Shown here: piece by piece, positions 8,826-17,298 of the stretch
Position numbering within the stretch: position 1 is the first letter of the stretch
Layout of the letters: every line of letters begins with the position of its first letter
DNA from: a virus
DNA length: 64,000 nucleotides
Reading direction: 5' to 3' (one strand)
IMG/VR virus record: IMGVR_UViG_3300042197_001007
Notes under the pieces: model-generated
Database searches by the model: none
What the model was told of the DNA's origin: nothing
What the model saw: the letters and a program-made list of their open reading frames with translations, nothing else
Translations under genes and position numbers: made by a program

Positions 8826-9109
8826 CGGTTGTAGTCTTCACGGGTAGCATTTTTGTCATTGAAGTGTAGAAGGAGCACAGCATAATGTAGCACCTTCATA
8901 ATGTCAAGGCGAGCACTACCTTTCTTGTCATACCGAGAAGCATATTTAAGAATATTGCTACGGCAGAAAGGTTCTCCATCACCACAAGCTGCGATTAGAT
9001 CCAAAGTTTGAATTTGGTCATCACCGGCAGAGTAATGCTGTTTATAAGTGTTCGCAATATAGTCACGCAGTTCTTCAATGATTGCGTCTTCATTGTACTT
9101 AAAGTTCAT
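8822..9109 (-). CDS. DUF3310-like protein
   Basis: QHYS...QTLDLI...FCRSNILKYASRYDKKG...DIMKVLHYA pattern. ATG at 9109 overlaps the upstream stop. Confidence 0.75.
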   Translation of the reverse strand: MNFKYNEDAIIEELRDYIANTYKQHYSAGDDQIQTLDLIAACGDGEPFCRSNILKYASRYDKKGSARLDIMKVLHYAVLLLHFNDKNATREDYNR

Positions 9110-9282
9110 TCTGTCCAAATGTGTTCAATATTATCATGGTAGCATTCTTCAAGGTTCCCGTCAAGGTCCTTGACAAATAATTTCATACCCTCGCCACCAA
9201 GGATACGAACGGTCTTGCCGCTTTTGAGAACGGCAAGACTATTCACATAACCGTGAAATTCATCAGAACGGATCACTGGCAT
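9106..9282 (-). CDS. Hypothetical protein, 58 aa
   Basis: MPVIRSDEF... preceded by GGAGG SD. The longer ORF-track start lies inside the AAA gene. Confidence 0.75.
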   Translation of the reverse strand: MPVIRSDEFHGYVNSLAVLKSGKTVRILGGEGMKLFVKDLDGNLEECYHDNIEHIWTE

Positions 9283-10387
9283 TCTCTTCCTCCTTGGTTT
9301 CAACCTTAGCATCAATCTTATCATACAGTTCGATGAAAGATTGCTTGGTCTCATCATCAAAACGATTGACACAGACCTTGATGGCTTTGATACGATCCTG
9401 CCAGATGGCATAGGCACGGATGATGTGAACCAAGCGACGAGTGCTGATCACTTCATCAATACCACCATCACGGAAGGTTTTACGGATGATATCTGCCCAG
9501 TTGGCAAGGTTCTCACAGAACTCTTCATCCACGGCATTCAGAGCAGCAGATGCTTTCTTGAGAATGGTGGTCTCTACAGTCACGGTAGGATAGTCTTGCT
9601 CAAAGGTGAGAGCAAAACGCTCAAGGAAAGCTTCGTTGAGAACATTGGTGCCGATGAAGCGTCCATCCTCAGAACCCTTGCCCTTGGTATTGGCAGTGGC
9701 GAAGATGTTGAAACCAGCAGCAGGTTGGATGAACTTGCCAATCTTCTTCAGGAAGACACCCTTGCCTTCAAGAATAGATTGGAGACACAGGATCTTGTTG
9801 GATGCCAGGTCAACCTCATCCAGCAACAGAATAGCACCGCGCTCAAGAGCTTCGATCACAGGACCGTTGTGCCACACAGTCGCACCATTCACCAGACGGA
9901 AACCACCAATCAGGTCATCCTCGTCAGTCTCAATAGTAATATTCACACGGATCAGTTCTCGCTTGAGTTGAGCACATGCTTGCTCAACAGAGAAAGTCTT
10001 ACCGTTACCAGACAGACCAGTGATGAAGGTAGGATAGAACAGACCAGATTGAATGATCTTCTTTACATCAGAGAAGTTCCCGAACGGGACATAATTAGCA
10101 TCTTTGTCAGGAATAAGGTTCTGAACTTCCCGAACGGGAACAGGAATAGCAGGAGCAGCAGCAGGAGCATTATACACTTGCTCAAGCTTCTCCTGAACAG
10201 TCAGGTTCCAAGTGCCACGTTTCACATAGAAGTCACGCAGTCGCTTGGTAGCAGTAGCATAGGTGATGCCAAAGACACCACAAGCATCTTGAACCTGGGC
10301 AGCATTGATATCGTTACCAAAGTTGCTGGACAGGTACGAAGTCAGTTGCTCGGTAGTCACGTCAGATTTGGCAGGCATGGAAGTCAT
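9263..10387 (-). CDS. MoxR/CobS-like AAA+ ATPase
   Basis: Walker A GLSGNGKT, Walker B LLLDEVD, NEAFLERF sensor, ISTRRL. Start trimmed to lie below the -10 at 10403-10408. Confidence 0.92.
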   Translation of the reverse strand: MTSMPAKSDVTTEQLTSYLSSNFGNDINAAQVQDACGVFGITYATATKRLRDFYVKRGTWNLTVQEKLEQVYNAPAAAPAIPVPVREVQNLIPDKDANYVPFGNFSDVKKIIQSGLFYPTFITGLSGNGKTFSVEQACAQLKRELIRVNITIETDEDDLIGGFRLVNGATVWHNGPVIEALERGAILLLDEVDLASNKILCLQSILEGKGVFLKKIGKFIQPAAGFNIFATANTKGKGSEDGRFIGTNVLNEAFLERFALTFEQDYPTVTVETTILKKASAALNAVDEEFCENLANWADIIRKTFRDGGIDEVISTRRLVHIIRAYAIWQDRIKAIKVCVNRFDDETKQSFIELYDKIDAKVETKEEENASDPF

Positions 10388-10402
10388 TTCGTTGATGAAC
10401 TT

Positions 10403-10458
10403 AGTATAGGGCATACGGGTCGGTTTGGCGTCAGACCCAGGACGGTTTGCGAAGTGGC
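10403..10458 (-). promoter_or_regulatory. Palindromic early-type box plus -10 (copy 2)
   Basis: GCCACTT-cgca-AACCGTC, 33 nt, then TATACT; no canonical -35. Confidence 0.65.
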
Positions 10459-10940
10459 ATACGCAGATAGTTGGATGCCACCCATGGTTTGCTGGCAATA
10501 TACCTTTTGTATGCCGTAAAGGTATCAATGCTACTATCTAATTTATAGAGATCTGGCATAGCTCTGGCAAATGGAGTTACACTGGTGATCTTACCTTTAG
10601 GGAAAAGATAATATGCTTCCAGCAAAGTGTTGTAGCAAGAATGAAACTTGCCATAGCGAACGGAGTATTCATCGCATAAATTCATACCCCATTTGATCAA
10701 CCAGTAGGCATTGTCAATAGTTTCTGCTGCCCATTTAGTACATGGGTGATTACGAAAGGCACCTTTCTCTGTGCGATATGCGATACCATCAGCTTTGTGA
10801 ATTGGTCCGTAATTATGATACCACTTGGATGCCACGATGGATAACATCTGGCAACACTCAAGTGGCATCTTTACGATATGTTTATCTGGCAAACAAATGG
10901 CACTCTCGGCAGGAAATGGCGAGGTGACAAAGATGTTCAT
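10431..10940 (-). CDS. Pyrimidine-dimer glycosylase/DenV-related (Pyr_excise-like) protein
   Basis: MNIF...LPDKHIVKMPLECCQML...HPCTKW pattern. Confidence 0.7.
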   Translation of the reverse strand: MNIFVTSPFPAESAICLPDKHIVKMPLECCQMLSIVASKWYHNYGPIHKADGIAYRTEKGAFRNHPCTKWAAETIDNAYWLIKWGMNLCDEYSVRYGKFHSCYNTLLEAYYLFPKGKITSVTPFARAMPDLYKLDSSIDTFTAYKRYIASKPWVASNYLRMPLRKPSWV

Positions 10941-13087
10941 GCGACATACTCCACGAAAGAATTAAGAAGTTTTTTGTTGGTGGATTTAGAATTCAGCATC
11001 TTTTTAAATGCTTTCGTAATATCACCTTTCTTGGCACCGTACTCTACATCAAAAGCAGAGGTTTCGTCAAGAGAGTTGTTACTAATGGCATACAAAGCAG
11101 TAAACGATTTGGGATGAGGAATGATGGCAGACTTTTCTTTTTTCCACTGCTTCTGAATTTCACCATAGTAAGCAACGTCGGCATACGAGCAGACAAAGTT
11201 AGAGAGTTGGGAACCAGAAAGAATACGGAAACCCAACACATTCACGCCAGGGTTACGGTCACGCAGTTGCTGAATGAAGGTATTGGTATTACCTTCCCAT
11301 CCTTCAAATGGCATATAAACACGACCGGTCTGACGATCACGAAGGCGAACGCCACTATCAAGACGGCGGGGGCGCACATAAGAACGATCGCGGTATTCAT
11401 CATAGAACTTGCGACCATAGGCAATCTGACAAGCTTCACCATCAGAAAGAATACAGACATTCACTTTCTGAAGATCGTTCTGTTTCTTAAACTGTGGAAT
11501 GATGTAGTTAAGCATGATGATGCCCTCATTCAGAGGAGTGCCAGACAAACCAAGACCGGTGGTAGCACTGTAGTAAGTGTGGTAGGTATAGGTGTATGCT
11601 TCTCGGAAAAGATTACGGCACATACGCTCATAGTCCTTACCGTTAGAACGAGAAGAAACAAAGTTTACCAGATGGAACATACCTTTCTGGAGATAGATTT
11701 TGTTCTCGTGACAACCGGCGGAAGAGAAATATTCATCATTAGAGATGTACGGATCTCTACCTTCCTTGGCACGACGAACACAGAAGTAATCGTTCGTGAA
11801 AGCATACACTTCAAACGGGATCTGAACTTTCTTACAGAAGGCAGTAAGGTTCAGAAGTTGTTTGACAGTAGCAAAGATCTCACGCTGCATGGATCCAGAC
11901 CAGTCAAGCAGAAACAGCAGACCATGGTTCTTACCGTCAGGAAGGATCGTAACCTTCTTGAAGATATCTTCGTTATAAAGATAAGTATGAAGCTTGGTGG
12001 TATCAAGAACACCAGTCTTAGAGACACCAGCACGAGCATAAGCATCAGCAGACTTACGGCATTCAAACTCCTTCACAAGATAATTCACTTCTTTCTGTGA
12101 TTGCTTACGGAAAGAAAGGTAATCTTGATCTACTTCATCAAAAGCAGTAGCAGGCAGATGATCATTAGCTTCGCGCTGTTCATCAATCCAGTCATGAACT
12201 TCGGTCCAGTCAGCAATATAGTCTTCAAGGACTACGCTATCGGGGATCTCAACATATAGAGTGTTGTTGCTACTATACCCAGTCAAACGCTCAGCAGCAC
12301 GATCAAAGGCATCTTGAGTTTGAGAACACTCATCGTCACCTTCATCACCAGCAGCATCGGCATCCTCACCTTTCGGTTGAGTAGCACCACCAGTTTGCTG
12401 ACCCTGCTGATCAGAGTTGCTGGAAGGTTGGTCTTCGTCAGCATCACCCTCGGTTTCATCATCACCCCCAGATTGGGTCATATCACCCCCACCTTGAGTG
12501 GTTTGCTCAACATCAACGTTGGCATCTACTTTCTCTTGTTCTTTCTCTTGCTTGCTGAAGTTATAAACATCAACAGCAATCTGAAGAACTTCATCAAAGC
12601 TCTCTGCTTCTTCGGTACGAGCAACAAACACTTGCTCATCAACAGAGAAAGGAATGAAGGCACCAGCACCAATCTTGAAGTGAAGATTAATACGGTCAAT
12701 CAAGCTATAAGTATTCAGATCATCACCAGCAATATCAAAGAAATCCTGGGCATTCAGTTCTTGATAACCACCAGCAAAAGATTTACGCAGACCAGGATAC
12801 TTACGCTTCATCAGCTTCTCAATACGAGCATCCTCAATCACGTTGATGAAGTCTTTAGGGCATTCTGCCTTGGCAGTCCAATCCTCGTTGGGGGTGAAGA
12901 GAGCGTGTCCCACCTCATGACCCACCAGCATATCATATACGATGCTGGAAGCACGGTCCCAGTTTGGGAGGGTCAGCACACGGGTCTCAACGTTGAAGGA
13001 CGCTGTAGGGCAGTTACGGTGCTCTACAACGAGGTTTTCAGTAGCGAGCAGGCGGGCAAGGTTGCCCTTGATTTCTTGGCGGGTCAT
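10937..13087 (-). CDS. HExxH metallopeptidase plus VWA domain protein (CobT-like partner of the AAA ATPase)
   Basis: GHEVGH and EDARIE; acidic linker; MIDAS DWSGS, GTPL and ILSDGE. Start at MTRQEIKG, below the -10. Confidence 0.88.
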   Translation of the reverse strand: MTRQEIKGNLARLLATENLVVEHRNCPTASFNVETRVLTLPNWDRASSIVYDMLVGHEVGHALFTPNEDWTAKAECPKDFINVIEDARIEKLMKRKYPGLRKSFAGGYQELNAQDFFDIAGDDLNTYSLIDRINLHFKIGAGAFIPFSVDEQVFVARTEEAESFDEVLQIAVDVYNFSKQEKEQEKVDANVDVEQTTQGGGDMTQSGGDDETEGDADEDQPSSNSDQQGQQTGGATQPKGEDADAAGDEGDDECSQTQDAFDRAAERLTGYSSNNTLYVEIPDSVVLEDYIADWTEVHDWIDEQREANDHLPATAFDEVDQDYLSFRKQSQKEVNYLVKEFECRKSADAYARAGVSKTGVLDTTKLHTYLYNEDIFKKVTILPDGKNHGLLFLLDWSGSMQREIFATVKQLLNLTAFCKKVQIPFEVYAFTNDYFCVRRAKEGRDPYISNDEYFSSAGCHENKIYLQKGMFHLVNFVSSRSNGKDYERMCRNLFREAYTYTYHTYYSATTGLGLSGTPLNEGIIMLNYIIPQFKKQNDLQKVNVCILSDGEACQIAYGRKFYDEYRDRSYVRPRRLDSGVRLRDRQTGRVYMPFEGWEGNTNTFIQQLRDRNPGVNVLGFRILSGSQLSNFVCSYADVAYYGEIQKQWKKEKSAIIPHPKSFTALYAISNNSLDETSAFDVEYGAKKGDITKAFKKMLNSKSTNKKLLNSFVEYVA

Positions 13088-13108
13088 CGGTTTTTTGCTG
13101 ATGTGATA

Positions 13109-13165
13109 AGCATAGCAAGAGGGGCACCCCCTTGGAGGCACCCCTATTCCAGTTCAGAAACTGTC
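13109..13165 (-). promoter_or_regulatory. Palindromic early-type box plus -10 (copy 1)
   Basis: GACAGTT-tctg-AACTGG, 34 nt, then TATGCT with TG extension. Confidence 0.65.
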
Positions 13166-14874
13166 TCTTGGATCACGGAGAAGTTCTTTTCCTTCACCGC
13201 TGTCAGCGTTCTGTCAAACTTTCCTTCCAGTTGTTCTCTGTGAGAAATGACATAAACATTTGTTTTTTCATCAAAGTTACGAAGGATCCATCCAAGATCA
13301 CTGCCACCCTGTTGATCCAAAGAACTATCAAAGATCTCATCTAAGATTAGAAGATTAGTATCCACGCTATTCTTAAGTTTAGCAATAGAACGCCAAGTAA
13401 GCAACAGAGCAATATCAATTCTAGCTTTCTCTCCTTCGCTGAAACTATCATAGGAAAACACATCACGGTATCTGGATTTGATGATCTCTTCAAAGTTTTC
13501 ATTCAGTGTGAAATTCACATAGAAATCCATACGTTGAAGATATTGATTGATCAATTGGTTCATCGCTGGGAGATAGGTTTTGATAATCCTTGTCTTGATC
13601 CCGTTGTCTTTCAACAACTGCGATGCTACCAACAGTGTATCACGTTCTTTCTTGTAGTCAGCAAAAGTCTTGGTCAAATCTTTTTTATTTGTAACAAGTC
13701 CTTCAAGTTTGACAAACTCTGCTTTCTTGTCTGGGTTCGTTTCTTCCAGTTCTTTGATCTCAGTTTCTATATCACTGATTGCTTTTCGTATGGAAGTAAT
13801 CTGATAATTCGCCTGAGTAATAGAAGAGTTGAAGCCAAGTATAATTTTTGATAATCTTGAGAATTCATTTTCTCGTTCCTCTTCTTTTGCGATAGCATCT
13901 AAAAGATCTTGAACACCAGTCTGAAGATTATTTAATTCTCCTTCTCCCTCAGTGATTTTACTCTGTCTAAATTCTTCACTCAGATCTTGAGTACAAGTAG
14001 GACACACATGATTATCAGTGAAGAAGGCATGTTCTTTCTGACAAGATGAAAGTTTTGATTGAATTTTGAAGAGAAAATTGTTTAACTTCTTTAACTTGGA
14101 AGAAGAATTTGATAGGTCTTCCATTTCTTTAGAATGTTTTTCAACTTCAGAAGTCAGACGCGCAATCTCATGATGCTGTGTGTTTTCATCTTCTAACAAT
14201 ACAGCAATCTTATTCTGTTTGCGGTCAATCTCTTCTTTGGTCTTCTTCTCCAGTTCCAGCATATAGTTTTTCTGGAGCTCAATCTTCTCTTCCAGAAGGT
14301 GAAGTTCGTAGTCAAGGTTCTTGATCTCATCATTGTTCTCTCTGACTTTATCCTTGAGAAGAATATTCATGGTAGAGAACACCTGAATGTCAAGAATGTC
14401 TTCAATGATTTCACGACGTTGTGCCAGAGGCAAACGCATAAAGGGAACAAATGTTGAGGATCCAAGCACCACAATCTGGGTGAAAGATTTGTAATTCAGT
14501 TTGAGAACGTTTTGTTCAAAGTTCTTTTGCTGATCGACAACTGTACTTTCTTGGTTCCACAACTGATCATTACAGTAGATCTCGAATTTATTTGGTTTGA
14601 TCCCACGAACCACTTTGTAATCATTCTTGCCGATGCTAAATTCAATTTCGGTAAGACAGTCTTTTTCGTTGATACTATTAACCAGCAGTGGCTTGTTGAT
14701 CTTACGAAATGGTTTGCCAAATAAAGCAAAAGTAAGAGCATCCAAAATGGTACTCTTACCAGCTCCGTTAGAACCGATGATTAGATTTGTTTTTGCTCCA
14801 GTAAGGTCAACTTCACTAAAGACGTTGCCGGTGCTTAAAAAGTTTTTCCAGCGAATTTTTTTAAAGATAATCAT
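13144..14874 (-). CDS. gp46: Recombination endonuclease ATPase subunit (Rad50/SbcC-like)
   Basis: GSNGAGKST, CPTC zinc hook, FSEGE signature, LILDE. Confidence 0.98.
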   Translation of the reverse strand: MIIFKKIRWKNFLSTGNVFSEVDLTGAKTNLIIGSNGAGKSTILDALTFALFGKPFRKINKPLLVNSINEKDCLTEIEFSIGKNDYKVVRGIKPNKFEIYCNDQLWNQESTVVDQQKNFEQNVLKLNYKSFTQIVVLGSSTFVPFMRLPLAQRREIIEDILDIQVFSTMNILLKDKVRENNDEIKNLDYELHLLEEKIELQKNYMLELEKKTKEEIDRKQNKIAVLLEDENTQHHEIARLTSEVEKHSKEMEDLSNSSSKLKKLNNFLFKIQSKLSSCQKEHAFFTDNHVCPTCTQDLSEEFRQSKITEGEGELNNLQTGVQDLLDAIAKEEERENEFSRLSKIILGFNSSITQANYQITSIRKAISDIETEIKELEETNPDKKAEFVKLEGLVTNKKDLTKTFADYKKERDTLLVASQLLKDNGIKTRIIKTYLPAMNQLINQYLQRMDFYVNFTLNENFEEIIKSRYRDVFSYDSFSEGEKARIDIALLLTWRSIAKLKNSVDTNLLILDEIFDSSLDQQGGSDLGWILRNFDEKTNVYVISHREQLEGKFDRTLTAVKEKNFSVIQETVSELE

Positions 14875-15134
14875 TCTAAATCATCAGGTGGGATCAAAAA
14901 ATCATCGGGGGTTATGATAGAGAACTTCTGTCCTCTCTCTTGACATGCCCCTATTATAACATGATCGTCAATCTCTACGATCTGCATCGGGGGGTAATCC
15001 GGATCTTCTTGTAACATTAATAAGTATCTGTCGGCATCATCTTCTTCTTGAAAAATTGGTATGATGCGATCGTCTTCTTCGTCAAAGATAGAATAAACGC
15101 CATCAGGATGATTTTCTAACGTTACAATATACAT
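14871..15134 (-). CDS. DUF3110-like protein (cyanobacterial family)
   Basis: FQEEDDADRYLLML..DYP...C...IITPDDFLIPP resembles DUF3110 as recalled. Confidence 0.65.
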   Translation of the reverse strand: MYIVTLENHPDGVYSIFDEEDDRIIPIFQEEDDADRYLLMLQEDPDYPPMQIVEIDDHVIIGACQERGQKFSIITPDDFLIPPDDLE

Positions 15135-15135
15135 T

Positions 15136-16176
15136 TCAGACAACGTTACAACTTTCAATATATAGAGATCTCATTAACTTTTTGAGATCTGATTTGCTGA
15201 CTGACATTTCAACCTCATCAATATACTCATTGAGAAGCGTAAGTGTGTCTTTTGTTGAGATATCAAGATCTTCTTGATTGTCCTCACCAACAAGATTTTC
15301 AATGATCTTCACATCATGAACACCTATGTTGTAAAGACGATCAACCAGTGTTTCAAACATTTGGTAGTCTTTCTTTTCGTTGACAATGATCTTGATGTAC
15401 TTGTCTTTATAATCAGACACATCTTGTTTGTTGTAGTCTGTTTGTGTGTCGTCGTAGGTAATCTTTTCAAAGATTTCAAACGGGTTAGGGATAAACTTAA
15501 GTTTATCAGTTTCAGTTTCGTAAATATGAAATCCACGGGTGTCCTTATAATCATTCCAATACATTTGATAAGGATTGCCAAGATATTGGATGTTTCCTTT
15601 TTTGGAGCGGTGATGAAAATGTCCAGACCAGACGCGACTAAAACGATGAAATAGTTTAGGATCCATGCCATGATCCATCTTCATTCCTGGTGTAACTTCA
15701 AATCCATCCAGCTCAAGATGACCGCAACAAATATCAGCATCAACTCGTTCAAGTAACCCCAAGATCAAATCACGGTTCTCTGAGTTGATCCAAGGTAACA
15801 TCAGAAACTTCTTTGATCCAAAACCAACACGCTTTGGTTCAGAGTAGATGTAAATGTTTTTGTAATCCTTCAGCAGAAGTTCTGGTGAGTTAATCTTATT
15901 AGTATTCTTGTAATAAGTACAGTGATTACCAAGAAGCATATGAACATCGTAATTCTTTAGACGTTCAAAGTAATTCTCACGAACACGATGAAACGTATTG
16001 AAATCCATAGACTTGCGATTGTCAAAGGTATCGCCAAGATCAATCACAGCACATACCTTTTCTTTCTCTAAGGTTGGAAAGAATACTTCATCGTAGAACT
16101 TCTGAAAGTAATTCCAAAATGCCAGAGATCCTTTGCGACCATCAAGGTGTTGATCAGTGATTAGTGCTACTTTCAT
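15136..16176 (-). CDS. gp47: Recombination endonuclease nuclease subunit (Mre11/SbcD-like)
   Basis: ITDQHL, DLGDTFD, LGNH, SGHFH, YLGNPY. Confidence 0.98.
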   Translation of the reverse strand: MKVALITDQHLDGRKGSLAFWNYFQKFYDEVFFPTLEKEKVCAVIDLGDTFDNRKSMDFNTFHRVRENYFERLKNYDVHMLLGNHCTYYKNTNKINSPELLLKDYKNIYIYSEPKRVGFGSKKFLMLPWINSENRDLILGLLERVDADICCGHLELDGFEVTPGMKMDHGMDPKLFHRFSRVWSGHFHHRSKKGNIQYLGNPYQMYWNDYKDTRGFHIYETETDKLKFIPNPFEIFEKITYDDTQTDYNKQDVSDYKDKYIKIIVNEKKDYQMFETLVDRLYNIGVHDVKIIENLVGEDNQEDLDISTKDTLTLLNEYIDEVEMSVSKSDLKKLMRSLYIESCNVV

Positions 16177-16273
16177 AATGAGTTCTAATAATTTTGAAGA
16201 CCATTCTGATTTTGTTTGGATTTAATTCTCTTAACTTACGGATTGTTGCCAAGTCCAATTCAAAATCTTTCAT
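16154..16273 (-). CDS. Hypothetical protein, 39 aa
   Basis: Manual translation MKDFELDLATIRKLRELNPNKIRMVFKIIRTHYESSTNH; ATGA overlap with gp55 stop. Confidence 0.5.
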   Translation of the reverse strand: MKDFELDLATIRKLRELNPNKIRMVFKIIRTHYESSTNH

Positions 16274-16776
16274 CGGTTCATTCTGGTTTCAATGCTTTCT
16301 TTAATCGTTCCCATATCAGAATAAGATGCGTTCATACCAGTCATTGTACCATCAAATGTATCGGTATGCATGACTTCATCATATCCTGATCTTTCAAGAA
16401 TTTTTCCTTTAATTTCAAGCTGCTTTTTCTCCTTTTGAATACGACGGAGAAAAGCATAGTAGATAATCTGAGTAAAATAAGCAAACGGATTGGCTGATTT
16501 CTCTGGATCAAAATTATCAATGTACTGTAAACAATTTTCAATTCCGTCGCAAATCATATCCTCGCGGAACATGTAATTGACAAAGTTTGGTTTATAAGAT
16601 AAGTGAGTGGCAATCTTAAGAAAGCATTCCCCTAAGTAATTTGTTACTCTGGGGCGAGGTTTCCCTGCTTCCTTGGCAGCAATAACCTTCCGACGATATT
16701 CAGATATCGCGGCAAGAAACTCCTTATTGTTAACGTAGTTCTCTGTTTTTTTCTTGGTCATTACTGCTGTGATCAC
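16270..16776 (-). CDS. gp55: Late transcription sigma factor
   Basis: YVNNKEFL...NFVNYMFREDMICDGIENC...NPFAYFTQIIYYAFLRRI. Confidence 0.98.
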   Translation of the reverse strand: MITAVMTKKKTENYVNNKEFLAAISEYRRKVIAAKEAGKPRPRVTNYLGECFLKIATHLSYKPNFVNYMFREDMICDGIENCLQYIDNFDPEKSANPFAYFTQIIYYAFLRRIQKEKKQLEIKGKILERSGYDEVMHTDTFDGTMTGMNASYSDMGTIKESIETRMNR

Positions 16777-16800
16777 GGTTTTCTCACATTATCTGTATCA

Positions 16801-16829
16801 AGTATAGCATTACGATGGTCAATTGTAAA
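16801..16829 (-). promoter_or_regulatory. sigma70-like promoter of gp55
   Basis: TTTACA-17 nt-TATACT with TG extended -10. Confidence 0.85.
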
Positions 16830-16835
16830 GGGGGC

Positions 16836-16864
16836 TTGACACAACCTCAGAAACCCAGTACAAT
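16836..16864 (+). promoter_or_regulatory. sigma70-like promoter on the plus strand, antisense to the uvsW operon
   Basis: TTGACA-17 nt-TACAAT; no plus-strand gene downstream. Confidence 0.65.
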
Positions 16865-16897
16865 AACTCTGTCAAGGGTTCAAGGGAATTAAAGCTT

Positions 16898-17296
16898 TTA
16901 ACTTTTCTTATAGATATCTTCTAAAGATTTTTTCATTTCCTTTATTGATCCGAGATATCCAGATTTACGGGGGAGTTTGTTAGCTCCGTTAACAAAACTT
17001 TTTCCACTTTCAAATCTGTTTAGGCTCTTTTCGTAAAATTCTAAAATTGTTTCTTCAATTTCAGACATTGTAAGAATGTGATCTCTACGAACCACAAACA
17101 TCTGGTCAAAAGTTGCTGATACCCATTCTTTAAGAACAAATCCAGTAACTTCTAACTGCCCTTTCTTTTGTTTAGCTGTTTCTACTAACAGTGGTCTATC
17201 TAATAAAAGTTTATCTTCTTCTGGCATATAACAAACTTTTGAAATAATTTCTTCGCCAGATACTAATTTAATAGTCGCATAAAATTCTTCTTCCAT
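16898..17296 (-). CDS. Hypothetical protein, Sm-like paralog D
   Basis: IKLVSGEEIISKV...RPL...EW...DHI pattern related to the ORFs at 3359-4302. Confidence 0.85.
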   Translation of the reverse strand: MEEEFYATIKLVSGEEIISKVCYMPEEDKLLLDRPLLVETAKQKKGQLEVTGFVLKEWVSATFDQMFVVRRDHILTMSEIEETILEFYEKSLNRFESGKSFVNGANKLPRKSGYLGSIKEMKKSLEDIYKKS

Positions 17297-17298
17297 AT

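Noticed and set aside
9263-10387. Cobalamin-biosynthesis (cobS) auxiliary metabolic gene call
   Set aside because: No cobN or other cob genes in the window; the partner has a peptidase domain; a generic MoxR-VWA system fits better.
9341-10519. 392-aa plus-strand ORF
   Set aside because: Exactly codon-aligned antisense shadow of the AAA ATPase; no motifs, SD or promoter; explained by sense codon bias.
11114-13243. 328-aa and 309-aa plus-strand ORFs
   Set aside because: Codon-aligned antisense shadows of the VWA-peptidase gene.
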